From assembly GCF_000021865.1 (NCBI RefSeq), contig NC_014034.1, positions 2,850,001 through 2,882,000 on the forward strand: a stretch of 32,000 nt of DNA. The letters are read 5' to 3'. Below the pieces are notes generated by a model. It worked only from the letters and a program-made list of their open reading frames with translations. It ran no database searches and was not told the origin of the DNA. This document shows, piece after piece, positions 7,825-16,223 of this stretch. Both the position numbers and the translations under genes were made by a program. The DNA is from Rhodobacter capsulatus SB 1003 (lineage in GTDB: Bacteria; Pseudomonadota; Alphaproteobacteria; Rhodobacterales; Rhodobacteraceae). Position 1 is the first letter of the stretch. Each line of letters starts with the position of its first letter.

Positions 7825-9693
7825 TCAGATCACCAGGAAATCATCCGCCGACAGGATCGAGCCGGTGACGAAGGCGACCAGCACCCGGGCGCCCGCCCCG
7901 GTGCCGTCGGCGTCATAGTAAAGCCGCGCCGTCGCCGTATCGAACAGGATCCGGTCCCCCGCATCCATCGCCCGGCCGCCCTCGTTCGCGACAAAGGCGC
8001 TGTCGGCCAGCGTCCCGCGCGCCAGCGTGGTGAAGATCGCATCGTCAAGCCGGATCTGATCGTAACCGGCGTAGAAATCGGTGATCATGTCCACGTTGCT
8101 CGCGCCCAGCGCGGTGTTGAAGACGATCACGTCATTGCCCAGCCCGGTGGTGATCACGTCATTGCCCAGCCCGCCCGCCAGCAGGTTGTCGGCATCATTG
8201 CCGATGATCCGGTTGTTCAGCGCATTGCCGGTGGCGTTGATCGTGTAAGTGCCGGTCAGGGTGACATTCTCGACGAAGCGGACGCCCGCATAGGCATCAA
8301 GGTTGATCGTCACCGAACTGCTGACATGATCGCGCCCGCCCGCATCGGTGGTGCCGCTCGGGGTCACGGTCTCGAAGATGCGGTCGCCGCTTTCGTCGAC
8401 CAGATAACTGTCATTGCCCGCCCCGCCCTGCATCCGGTCGGCGCCGGTGCCGCCATCCAGCGTGTCATGGCCGTCGCCGCCCTGCAGGGTGTCGGTCCCG
8501 GCCATGCCACGCAGAAGGTCGTTGCCAAGCCCGCCCGCCAGCAGGTTCGCCGCCGCATTGCCGGTCACCCGATTGTCCAGCGCATTGCCGCTGCCCACCA
8601 TGACCGCGCCGTCCAGCACCAGATTTTCCAGATTGGCGCCCAGCGTATGGCCGGAATAGGTCGCGATCACCGTCTCGGTGCCGCCGCCCGCGGCCTCGGT
8701 GATCCGGTCGCCCGCACGATCGACGACATAGACATCATTCCCGGTGCCGCCGCGCAGATCATCGGCGCCAAGGCCGCCGTCGATCCGGTTCGCCCCGGCG
8801 GTGCCGAGGATCGTATCCGCCCCCGCGCCGCCGATCGCATTTTCGACGCCCACCAGCCGGTCGGTGCCGACATGGGCCGCATTCACCGCGCTGCCCGCCA
8901 GAAGATCGATCAAGATCCCCGAGGCCGCGGTGACGGCGCGGTAATCGGCCGTATCAAGGCCCGCGCCGCCCAGCAGCAGATCGTTCGACACATCCATCGC
9001 CCCGGCGCTCAGCATGTCATCGCCGGTGCCGCCGGTCAGCGTGTCCCGCCCCGCCGCGCCGTTCAGCGTGTCGTTGCCCTCGCCCCCCGCAAGACTGTCA
9101 TTGCCCGCAAGGCCCAGGATCTCGTCGTTGAGGGCGCCGCCCGTCAGCGTATCGGCCAGGGTCGTGCCGCGGATCACGTTGTCGATGTCAAAGCTGCCCC
9201 AGTCGATCGCGGCGCCGGTCGGGTAAAGCGCGGGGCTGGGCACGCCCCAGGACAGGTAATTGCCCGCCCAGGCGGCCATGGCCGCGGCCGAGGTGAAATC
9301 AGGCAGTGCCACCCCGCCCAGATAGACGAAGATCTCGTCGAAGCCGACCATCACGGGGGTTCCCGCCACATCGACCACGACATGGCGGCTGATGTGCAGC
9401 ACATCGGTAAAGGTGCCGTCGTCGTAATGCACGCGCCGGATCGCGACCATGTGCCCCTGCCCCAGCGCCTCGTTCACCGGCCCAAGGCTGGCCAGCACAT
9501 AGGACATGCTGGAATCCTCGAACTGCGTCGGATCGGTCATGCCATTGTCGGACAGAACGAAGGTGTTCTGCCCGTCGGGCACCCGCAGGGTGACGTTGGT
9601 GTGCTGCAGGGTGTTCACCTGCTCGGTCCAATCCGTCGGATCGGGAAAGCGGCGTGTCAGAATCCAGGAATCGAAACGATAAGAAAGCGTCAT
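7825..9693 (-). CDS. Secreted RTX (hemolysin-type calcium-binding repeat) protein with a type I secretion C-terminal target domain and an unassigned N-terminal domain.
   Basis: There are many GGxGxDxUx nonapeptides ([75 protein letters not shown]). The C-terminus reads [43 protein letters not shown], typical of T1SS substrates. The protein has no signal peptide. Confidence 0.85.
   Translation of the reverse strand: MTLSYRFDSWILTRRFPDPTDWTEQVNTLQHTNVTLRVPDGQNTFVLSDNGMTDPTQFEDSSMSYVLASLGPVNEALGQGHMVAIRRVHYDDGTFTDVLHISRHVVVDVAGTPVMVGFDEIFVYLGGVALPDFTSAAAMAAWAGNYLSWGVPSPALYPTGAAIDWGSFDIDNVIRGTTLADTLTGGALNDEILGLAGNDSLAGGEGNDTLNGAAGRDTLTGGTGDDMLSAGAMDVSNDLLLGGAGLDTADYRAVTAASGILIDLLAGSAVNAAHVGTDRLVGVENAIGGAGADTILGTAGANRIDGGLGADDLRGGTGNDVYVVDRAGDRITEAAGGGTETVIATYSGHTLGANLENLVLDGAVMVGSGNALDNRVTGNAAANLLAGGLGNDLLRGMAGTDTLQGGDGHDTLDGGTGADRMQGGAGNDSYLVDESGDRIFETVTPSGTTDAGGRDHVSSSVTINLDAYAGVRFVENVTLTGTYTINATGNALNNRIIGNDADNLLAGGLGNDVITTGLGNDVIVFNTALGASNVDMITDFYAGYDQIRLDDAIFTTLARGTLADSAFVANEGGRAMDAGDRILFDTATARLYYDADGTGAGARVLVAFVTGSILSADDFLVI
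8116..9168 (-). repeat. Coding region for the RTX nonapeptide repeat blocks (residues about 176-526 of the RTX protein).
   Basis: Four blocks of glycine/aspartate nonapeptide repeats are separated by YxVD...ENL linker modules, read from the translation. Confidence 0.8.
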
Positions 9694-9813
9694 GGTGTCC
9701 TCCCGTACCAGAGCGGGGGAATTGCCTCACGAAGGCGTGAGCCGCGCCATGACCGGCGTCAACTTTGGTTAAAATGCGGGGCATCTTGCGAAAATGCCGC
9801 AGGACTGCCGCCC

Positions 9814-10638
9814 TCAGCCGGGCAGGCGCCCGATCCAGGCGCGGATCAGCGCGACCGCCTCGGGCTCGTCGAGAAAGGGGATATGCGGGCGGCCCGGAAC
9901 TTCGGCGAACAGCAGATCGGGGCGGCGGCGGCGCATCTCGGCCACGGTTTCGACAGAGAGAAGGTCGGAATTCGCCCCCCGGATCAGCGCGACGGGCAGA
10001 CCGGCGCAGGCGTCAAAGAGCGGCCATGTTTCCAGCACACCGCTGTCAAAGGCGTGGATGAAAGCGTCGCGCAATTCCGGATCATAGTTGATCTTCACGC
10101 CTTGCGGGGTTTCGATGTTGTGCCGCTCGGTTTCCTCCAGCCAGCGGCGCATCGGCACATTTTCATAGCCGACCATCGCGGCAGGCAGCTTTTCCACCAG
10201 CTCGGCAAAACTCTTCGCCACCGGGTTGCGCCCCACCACATCGAAGATCCGCATCAGCCCCGCGCGTTCAAGCACCGGGCCGATGTCGTTCAGGCACAGC
10301 CCGGTCAGCCGGTCATGGGCGGTGGCGGCCAGATACATGCCGATCATCCCGCCGCGCGAGGTGCCAAGGATCGCCGTCTTTGCGACGCCCAGATGGTCGA
10401 GCAGCTGCAGCGCATCGGCGGCTTCCCGCACCACCGTATAGGTCGCGGCGCCGGTCCATTGGCTCTCGCCGCGGCCGCGATAATCCATGCGGATCAGACG
10501 GCAGGGCGGCAGATGCGCCGCCAGATAATCGAAATCGCGGCCCGTGCGGGTCAGACCGGCGAGCGCCAGCACGACAGGCCCCTGCCCTTCATCGGTGAAA
10601 GCGATCTTCGCGCCATCGTCTGCGGTGAAAAACGTCAT
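9814..10638 (-). CDS. Alpha/beta-fold hydrolase.
   Basis: The nucleophile elbow is GTSRGG, the acid is in GANSDLL and the histidine is in GRPHIPFLDEP. The start MTFFTADDG at 10638 has GGAGGG upstream. The gene lies 54 nt downstream of fabI on the same strand. Confidence 0.8.
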   Translation of the reverse strand: MTFFTADDGAKIAFTDEGQGPVVLALAGLTRTGRDFDYLAAHLPPCRLIRMDYRGRGESQWTGAATYTVVREAADALQLLDHLGVAKTAILGTSRGGMIGMYLAATAHDRLTGLCLNDIGPVLERAGLMRIFDVVGRNPVAKSFAELVEKLPAAMVGYENVPMRRWLEETERHNIETPQGVKINYDPELRDAFIHAFDSGVLETWPLFDACAGLPVALIRGANSDLLSVETVAEMRRRRPDLLFAEVPGRPHIPFLDEPEAVALIRAWIGRLPG

Positions 10639-10692
10639 CCTACCCTCCAAAAGCAAAGGGCGCCCGAAGGCGCCCCGTGTCACAATCCATCC

Positions 10693-11481
10693 TCAGATGT
10701 TCTCGGGTTGCGGCATTCCCAGCACATGATAGCCGCAATCGACCATCACCACATCCCCCGTCGTGCAGGCGCCGTAATCGGAACAGAGGAACACCGCCGA
10801 GCCGCCCACCGCCTCCAGCGTCGCATTGGCCCGCATCGGGCTGTTGGCTTCGGTGTGGCGGAAGGTTTTCCGCGCGCCGCCGATGGCCGCACCCGCCAGC
10901 GTCTTCATCGGCCCGGGGCTGATCGCATTGACGCGGATGCCTTGCGGGCCAAGGTCATTCGCCAGATAGCGCACGGCCGATTCCAGCGCCGCCTTGGCCA
11001 CGCCCATGACGTTGTAAAACGGCGTCACCCGGTTCGAGCCGCCATAGGTCAGCGTGATCAGGCTGCCGCCATTCGGCATCAGTTCCGACGCGCGCCGGGC
11101 GATGTCGATGAAGCTGTAGCAGGAAATCGCCAGGCTGTTCTTGAAGTTGTCGCGCGTGGTGTGGATGAACCGCCCCGCCAGCTCGTTCTTGTCGGAATAG
11201 GCGATGGCATGGATGACGAAGTCGATCGTGCCCCATTCGTCCTTGAGCCGCTGGAACGCGGCATCGAGCGAGGCATCGTCGTTCACGTCGACATCGACCA
11301 GGAAGCTTGAGCCCACCGAAGCCGCCAGCGGCTCGACGCGCTTGCCGAAGGCCTCGCCCTGATAGGAAAAGGCCAGCTCTGCCCCCTCGGCCGCAAGCGC
11401 CGAGGCGATGCCCCAGGCGATCGAGCGCTCGTTGGCCACGCCCATGACGAGGCCGCGTTTTCCCTTCATCAGATCAGCCAT
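10693..11481 (-). CDS. fabI: Enoyl-[acyl-carrier-protein] reductase (NADH).
   Basis: Motifs are GKRGLVMGVANERSIAWGIA and the Y-x6-K catalytic motif YNVMGVAKAALE. The start MADLMKGK lies 5 nt after the fabB stop. An alternative ATG sits at 11469. Confidence 0.9.
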   Translation of the reverse strand: MADLMKGKRGLVMGVANERSIAWGIASALAAEGAELAFSYQGEAFGKRVEPLAASVGSSFLVDVDVNDDASLDAAFQRLKDEWGTIDFVIHAIAYSDKNELAGRFIHTTRDNFKNSLAISCYSFIDIARRASELMPNGGSLITLTYGGSNRVTPFYNVMGVAKAALESAVRYLANDLGPQGIRVNAISPGPMKTLAGAAIGGARKTFRHTEANSPMRANATLEAVGGSAVFLCSDYGACTTGDVVMVDCGYHVLGMPQPENI

Positions 11482-11486
11482 CAGAC

Positions 11487-12716
11487 TCAGCCCTTGTAAG
11501 CGCTCATCACCAGCGTCGCATTGGTGCCGCCAAAGCCGAAGCTGTTCGACAGAACCGAGTCGAACTCGACGTTTTCGACCAGCTTGGTGGCGATTTCCTC
11601 GGGCTTGATCGCGGGATCCAGCTCGGTGACGTTTGCGGAAGCGGTGATGAATTTGCCCTGCATCATCAAAAGGCAATAGATCGCCTCATGCACGCCGGTC
11701 GCGCCGAGGCTGTGGCCGGTCAGCGATTTCGTGGACGAGATCGGCGGCACCTTGCCCGCGCCGAAGACGCGGCGGACGGCCTCGACCTCGGTCACGTCGC
11801 CCGCGGGGGTCGAGGTGCCATGCGCGTTGATATAGGTGATCTGGCGGCCTTCGGGCAGCGTGCCCAGCGCCAGCCGCATCGAGCGTTCGCCGCCCTCGCC
11901 CGAGGGGGCGACCATGTCATAGCCGTCCGAAGTCGCGCCGTAGCCGGTCACTTCGGCATAGATCTTCGCGCCACGGGCTTTCGCATGTTCGAGTTCCTCC
12001 AGAACCAGCACGCCGCCGCCGCCCGCGATGACAAAGCCGTCGCGGGTCGCGTCGAAGGCGCGGGCCGCGGTGGTCGGCGTGTCGTTGTATTTCGACGACA
12101 TCGCGCCCATCGCGTCAAAGAGGCACGACAGCGTCCAGTCCAGTTCCTCGCCGCCGCCGGCGAAGATGATGTCCTGCTTGCCCATCTGGATCAGTTCGGC
12201 CGCGTTGCCGATGCAATGCGCCGAGGTCGAGCAGGCCGAGGTGATCGAATAGTTCACGCCCTTGATCTTGAAGGGCGTCGCCAGACAGGCCGAGTTCGTC
12301 GACGACATGCAGCGCGTCACCATGAACGGCCCCATGCGCTTGGGCGCGCCCTTTTGCAGCACGGTCTGATGCGCCTCGAAGAAGTTCGAGGTCGAGGGCC
12401 CGCCCGAGCCCATGATCAGCCCGGTGCGCGGGTTCGAGATGTCGCTTTCCTCAAGCCCCGAATCGCGGATCGCCTGTTCCATCGACAGGAAGTTGTAGGC
12501 GGCGCCGCGGCCCATGAAGCGCAGGTTGCGCTTGTCGATATGGTCTTCCAGCACGATCTGCGGCGCGCCATGGATCTGGCTGCGGAAACCGCGTTCGGCA
12601 TATTCGGGGGCAAAGACGATGCCCGAGCGACCGGCCCGCAGGCTGGCCGAAACCTCTTCGGCAGAGTTGCCGATGGGGCTGACGATGCCCAGCCCGGTGA
12701 TGACGACGCGCCGCAT
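11487..12716 (-). CDS. fabB: 3-oxoacyl-[ACP] synthase I.
   Basis: The start [17 protein letters not shown] is preceded by AGGAGGC. The active-site Cys lies in [11 protein letters not shown], with His motifs HGTSTPAGD and GHSLGATG. The 410-aa length is typical of FabB. The gene lies immediately downstream of fabA. Confidence 0.9.
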   Translation of the reverse strand: MRRVVITGLGIVSPIGNSAEEVSASLRAGRSGIVFAPEYAERGFRSQIHGAPQIVLEDHIDKRNLRFMGRGAAYNFLSMEQAIRDSGLEESDISNPRTGLIMGSGGPSTSNFFEAHQTVLQKGAPKRMGPFMVTRCMSSTNSACLATPFKIKGVNYSITSACSTSAHCIGNAAELIQMGKQDIIFAGGGEELDWTLSCLFDAMGAMSSKYNDTPTTAARAFDATRDGFVIAGGGGVLVLEELEHAKARGAKIYAEVTGYGATSDGYDMVAPSGEGGERSMRLALGTLPEGRQITYINAHGTSTPAGDVTEVEAVRRVFGAGKVPPISSTKSLTGHSLGATGVHEAIYCLLMMQGKFITASANVTELDPAIKPEEIATKLVENVEFDSVLSNSFGFGGTNATLVMSAYKG

Positions 12717-12739
12717 GGGGGCCTCCTGTCCTTCTTCGC

Positions 12740-13249
12740 TCAGCTCTCGGAGAGAGCCACTTTCATGTCCTTGACGACATAGATCACTTCGCCGTCGGCC
12801 TCGACGATGCCGTCGGCGACGCCCATGGTCAGACGCCGGGTCTGCAGGGCCTTGGTGAAATCGACCTTGTAGGTCAGCATCTTGCGGTCGGGGCGGACCA
12901 TGCCGGTCAGCTTCACCTCGCCCACGCCCAGCGCATAGCCCCGCCCCGGCCAGCCGCGCCAGCCCAGGTTGAAGCCGGTCAGCTGCCACAGCCCGTCAAG
13001 GCCAAGGCAGCCCGGCATGATCGGATTGCCCGGAAAGTGGCAGTCAAAGAACCACAGATCGGGCGTGATGTCGAATTCGGCCACCACATGGCCCTTGCCA
13101 TGCAGCCCGCCGTCTTCCGAAATCTCGGTGATGCGGTCCATCATCAGCATCGGCGGCGCCGGAAGCTGGGCATTGCCCGGCCCGAACAGCTCGCCTCGCG
13201 CACATTTGAGCAGATCGTCCTTGCCGAAGCTTGTCGGATAGAGTGACAT
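12740..13249 (-). CDS. fabA: 3-hydroxydecanoyl-[ACP] dehydratase / trans-2-decenoyl-ACP isomerase.
   Basis: The FabA signature [24 protein letters not shown] is present. The protein is 169 aa. Confidence 0.92.
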   Translation of the reverse strand: MSLYPTSFGKDDLLKCARGELFGPGNAQLPAPPMLMMDRITEISEDGGLHGKGHVVAEFDITPDLWFFDCHFPGNPIMPGCLGLDGLWQLTGFNLGWRGWPGRGYALGVGEVKLTGMVRPDRKMLTYKVDFTKALQTRRLTMGVADGIVEADGEVIYVVKDMKVALSES

Positions 13250-13347
13250 CGGCGTTTCCCCCCAAGGTCTTGTCCCCCTTCCTCTAACACCCCCCCGCCC
13301 GAAGGTGCAAGGCCCGCCCCCGCCCCCGGGGGTGCGTCAGAATCCCG

Positions 13348-13376
13348 TTGAATGCGATGCCGGTTCAACTTATAAT
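13348..13376 (+). promoter_or_regulatory. Near-consensus sigma-70-type promoter for irr.
   Basis: TTGAAT (13348-13353), a 17-nt spacer, then TATAAT (13371-13376), about 28 nt upstream of the ATG at 13404. The -10 lies inside the AT-rich imperfect dyad AACTTATAATAGTT. Confidence 0.5.
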
Positions 13377-13403
13377 AGTTACAGGAAAAAAGGGTTTTCG
13401 ATC

Positions 13404-13820
13404 ATGAAGACGATGGCTCAGGAACGTGGACTGCGCTGGCTTGCCGCGGGCGGGCTGCGGCCGACCCGGCAGCGGATGTCCTTGGCGTCGCTTCTGGTCG
13501 GCGACGGGATGAACCGGCATGTGACCGCCGAGGGGCTTTATGCCGCCGCCCGCGACGCCGGGGAAAAGGTCTCGCTCGCCACCGTCTACAACACTTTGCG
13601 CGCCTTTTGCGAGGCGGGGATCATGCATGAAATCACCGTCGATGCCGGGCGCAGCTATTTCGACACCCGCATGGACGACCACCCGCATTTCTTCTGGGAG
13701 GGCGAGAACCGGATCTCTGACGCCCCGGTCGAGGAACTGGAACTTGTGCGCGTGCCGAAGGCCCCCGAAGGGACCGAGGTCAGCCGCGTCGATGTGGTGA
13801 TCCGGCTGAAAAAGATCTGA
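13404..13820 (+). CDS. irr: Fur-family iron response regulator (Irr-like).
   Basis: The Fur-family winged helix reads LRPTRQRMSLASLL...VSLATVYNTLRAF, with a DDHPHFF (HxH-like) motif and no C-terminal CxxC pairs. Divergent placement next to fabA is the arrangement I recall for alphaproteobacterial irr. I chose the start MKTMAQ at 13404 rather than the track start. Confidence 0.7.
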   Translation: MKTMAQERGLRWLAAGGLRPTRQRMSLASLLVGDGMNRHVTAEGLYAAARDAGEKVSLATVYNTLRAFCEAGIMHEITVDAGRSYFDTRMDDHPHFFWEGENRISDAPVEELELVRVPKAPEGTEVSRVDVVIRLKKI

Positions 13821-13835
13821 GCACAACCGAATGCA

Positions 13836-13867
13836 GCAAAAGGCCGGGGGGTTCCCCGGCCTTTTGC
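13836..13867. terminator. Bidirectional intrinsic terminator after irr.
   Basis: GCAAAAGGCCGGGG-GGTT-CCCCGGCCTTTTGC is a perfect 14-bp stem that includes an A4/T4 tract, so it reads as hairpin plus U-run on both strands. Confidence 0.65.
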
Positions 13868-13970
13868 ATGTCGGCCCGCAACGGCGGTCTGCCAGTGGCA
13901 GACCGCGCGGGACGATTGCCCGAAGGCGCAAGCCGCAGGGCAAGGGGCCAGACGCAAGACTGAGGGTTGA

Positions 13971-14041
13971 AAATCGGGCCGCGCCTGACTGGGCTGGCGC
14001 GGAAACGCGCCTGCCACGGGCAGGCAGGCGCGGCCCGATTT
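13971..14041. other. 71-nt three-way-junction-like structured element. It may be an ncRNA or a REP-like element; the strand is unknown.
   Basis: A perfect 17-bp inverted repeat, AAATCGGGCCGCGCCTG / CAGGCGCGGCCCGATTT, encloses two sub-hairpins: GGCGCG-GAAA-CGCGCC and CTGCC-ACG-GGCAG. A third copy of AAATCGGGC at 14052-14060 can pair alternatively with 14033-14041. Confidence 0.3.
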
Positions 14042-14080
14042 GTCACGGGCCAAATCGGGCAAAGTCCCGGCCGGACCCAC

Positions 14081-14114
14081 GCCCCCAAACCAAAAGGCAC
14101 CCCGGAGGGTGCCT
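14081..14114 (-). terminator. Intrinsic terminator of efp.
   Basis: On the minus strand the sequence reads AGGCACCC-UCCG-GGGUGCCU followed by UUUUGGUUUGG. It starts 25 nt after the efp stop. Confidence 0.65.
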
Positions 14115-14138
14115 GAGGGTCGTCGCTGATCCGAAGGA

Positions 14139-14708
14139 TCACTCCTTGGCGCGCTCCACATAGGAGGTGTCGGCGGTATTGATGATGATCTTCGTGCCCA
14201 CGCCGATATGCGGCGGCACCATCACGCGGATCCCGCCGGTGCACATCGCGGGCTTGTAGGAGGAGGACGCGGTCTGCCCCTTCACCACCGGCTCGGTCTC
14301 TTCGACCTCGACGGTGACCTTTTGCGGCAGTTCGATCGACAGCGCCACGCCTTCATGCGTCAGCAGCCAGACCCGGATACCGTCGCGCAGGTGCACCTTG
14401 GCATCGCCCACCACATCTTCCGACACGGTGATCTGGTCGTAGGTCTCGGGGTTCATGAAGTGGAAGCCCTCGCCATCCTCATAGAGGAAGTCGAATTCGT
14501 TCTCATCGACATGCGCCTTTTCCACGCTGTCGACGGTGCGCCAGCGTTCCGACACCTTCACCCCGTCCGAAATCCGGCGCATCTCGACCTGCGTCACCGA
14601 GTTGCCCTTGCCCGGGTGGATGTTTTCGGCGGTCAGCACGATGTACAGCACGCCGTCCATGTCGACGACGTTGCCCTTGCGCAGCGAAGAGGCGATGACT
14701 TTGGCCAT
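14139..14708 (-). CDS. efp: Translation elongation factor P.
   Basis: The full-length EF-P is 189 aa and has the loop HPGKGNS, which places the conserved Lys at position 34. The C-terminal block reads [17 protein letters not shown]. Confidence 0.95.
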   Translation of the reverse strand: MAKVIASSLRKGNVVDMDGVLYIVLTAENIHPGKGNSVTQVEMRRISDGVKVSERWRTVDSVEKAHVDENEFDFLYEDGEGFHFMNPETYDQITVSEDVVGDAKVHLRDGIRVWLLTHEGVALSIELPQKVTVEVEETEPVVKGQTASSSYKPAMCTGGIRVMVPPHIGVGTKIIINTADTSYVERAKE

Positions 14709-14805
14709 GTGTGGTTCCTTGAATGGGGTCTAAGACAGGCTCTGGCGCCCGGATGGCGAAGCGCCTAAACCATCGCGAGCCGTATTTCCAGCAAAAGCCC
14801 CGAAA

Positions 14806-15855
14806 ATGAGCCAAACGCCCTGGTGGAGCCCCTCTCGTCACGCCGATCGCCGCCCGGCGCTTCTGGCGCGCGCCCGCATTCAGGCCGCTTTGCGCGGCTG
14901 GCTGACCGATCACGCCTTCCTTGAAGTCGATCCGGTGGCGCTGCAAGTGAGCCCCGGCAACGAGGCGCATCTGCATGGTTTCGCCACCACCGCCATCGGC
15001 AATGATGGCGCGGGCGTGCCGATGTATCTGCACACCAGCCCCGAATTCGCGATGAAAAAACTGCTGGCGGCGGGCGAAACCCGGATCGCCGCCTTTGCCC
15101 ATGTCTGGCGCAACCGCGAACGGGGACCGCTGCATTCGCCCGAATTCACCATGCTGGAATGGTATCGGGTCGGCGAGGACTACTCCGTGCTGATGCAGGA
15201 CTGCGCCGATTTCCTGCGTCTGGCCGCCGAAGCGGCGGGCAGCAGCGTTCTGCGCTACAAGGGCCACGCATGCGACCCCTTTGCCGCGCCCGAACGGCTT
15301 TCGGTGGCCGAGGCGTTCTTGCGCCATGCTGGCATCGACCTTCTGGCCACTTGCGGCGCCGATGGCAGCACCGACGCCGAGGGGCTGCGCGCCCAGGCAC
15401 GCGCCGCCGGGATCAAGGTCGGCGACGAGGATACCTGGTCGCTGATGCTCTCCAAGGTTCTTGTGGAAAAGGTCGAACCGCATCTGGGCCATGGTCGCGC
15501 GACGATTCTGGATCGTTATCCGGTGGCCGAGGCCGCGCTGGCCCGTCCCGCCCCCGATGATCCCCGCGTCGCCGAGCGCTTCGAGCTTTACGCCTGCGGG
15601 GTGGAGCTGGCGAACGGCTTTGGCGAATTGACGAACGCGGCCGAACAGCGGCTGCGGTTTCAGGCCGAGATGGACGAGAAAGCCCGCATCTATGGCGAGC
15701 GCTACCCGATCGACGAGGATTTTCTGGCAGCCCTTGCGCAGATGCCCGCGGCCAGCGGCATCGCGATGGGCTTTGACCGGCTGGTCATGCTCGCCACCTC
15801 GGCGCCGCGGATCGATGACGTGATCTGGACGCCGGTCAGCGATCAGATCGCGTAA
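14806..15855 (+). CDS. epmA: EF-P--(R)-beta-lysine ligase (GenX/PoxA, a truncated class II lysyl-tRNA synthetase paralog).
   Basis: It has a class II aaRS core without an anticodon-binding domain. Motifs are LHTSPEFAMKKLL, VWRNRERGPLHSPEFTMLEWY, ELANGFGE and GIAMGFDRLVML. The gene is divergent from efp. Confidence 0.85.
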   Translation: MSQTPWWSPSRHADRRPALLARARIQAALRGWLTDHAFLEVDPVALQVSPGNEAHLHGFATTAIGNDGAGVPMYLHTSPEFAMKKLLAAGETRIAAFAHVWRNRERGPLHSPEFTMLEWYRVGEDYSVLMQDCADFLRLAAEAAGSSVLRYKGHACDPFAAPERLSVAEAFLRHAGIDLLATCGADGSTDAEGLRAQARAAGIKVGDEDTWSLMLSKVLVEKVEPHLGHGRATILDRYPVAEAALARPAPDDPRVAERFELYACGVELANGFGELTNAAEQRLRFQAEMDEKARIYGERYPIDEDFLAALAQMPAASGIAMGFDRLVMLATSAPRIDDVIWTPVSDQIA

Positions 15856-16211
15856 AGCCGCAAGACCTCGAGCGGCACCAGTTCCAGCGTGCGGCGATGC
15901 GTGGCCTCCAGCCGGATCTCGGGGGCGCAGCCCTCCTCATGCGCCTGCAGGAAGCGGCTGGCGCAGAGGCACCAGCGATCCCCGGGCTTCAGCCCCGGGA
16001 AATCATGCTCGGGCCGCGGCGTGGACAGGTCATTGCCGACATAGGCCGACCAGGCCAGAAACTCCGCCGTCATCACCGCGCAGACCGAATGCAGCCCGCG
16101 ATCCTCCCAGCAGGTGTTGCAATGCCCGTCGCGAAAAAAGCCGGTCTTCGGCGCCATCGAACAGGCCTCAAGCGGCCCGCCCAGCACATTGACCGAAGGT
16201 TCCATTTCCAT
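15843..16211 (-). CDS. DUF2237-family small Cys-rich protein.
   Basis: The 122-aa protein reads NVLGGPLEACSMAPKTGFFRDGHCNT...GLHSVCAVMT...GDRWCLCASRF, which I recognise as DUF2237. AAGGGGGA lies upstream of the ATG. The gene starts 12 nt after the upstream serine hydrolase gene. Confidence 0.7.
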   Translation of the reverse strand: MEMEPSVNVLGGPLEACSMAPKTGFFRDGHCNTCWEDRGLHSVCAVMTAEFLAWSAYVGNDLSTPRPEHDFPGLKPGDRWCLCASRFLQAHEEGCAPEIRLEATHRRTLELVPLEVLRLYAI

Positions 16212-16223
16212 GCGATCCCCCTT

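Noticed and set aside
7726-11310. A 1194-aa ORF on the plus strand, the longest in the window.
   Set aside because: It is entirely antisense to three well-supported genes (the RTX protein, the alpha/beta hydrolase and fabI). Its translation is Arg/Gly/Ala/Asp-rich low-information sequence with no motifs, which is the classic high-GC shadow ORF.
13250-13403. An Irr ICE box (TTTAGAA-N3-TTCTAAA) in the fabA/irr intergenic region.
   Set aside because: I found no match to the ICE consensus, only the AT-rich dyad overlapping the -10.
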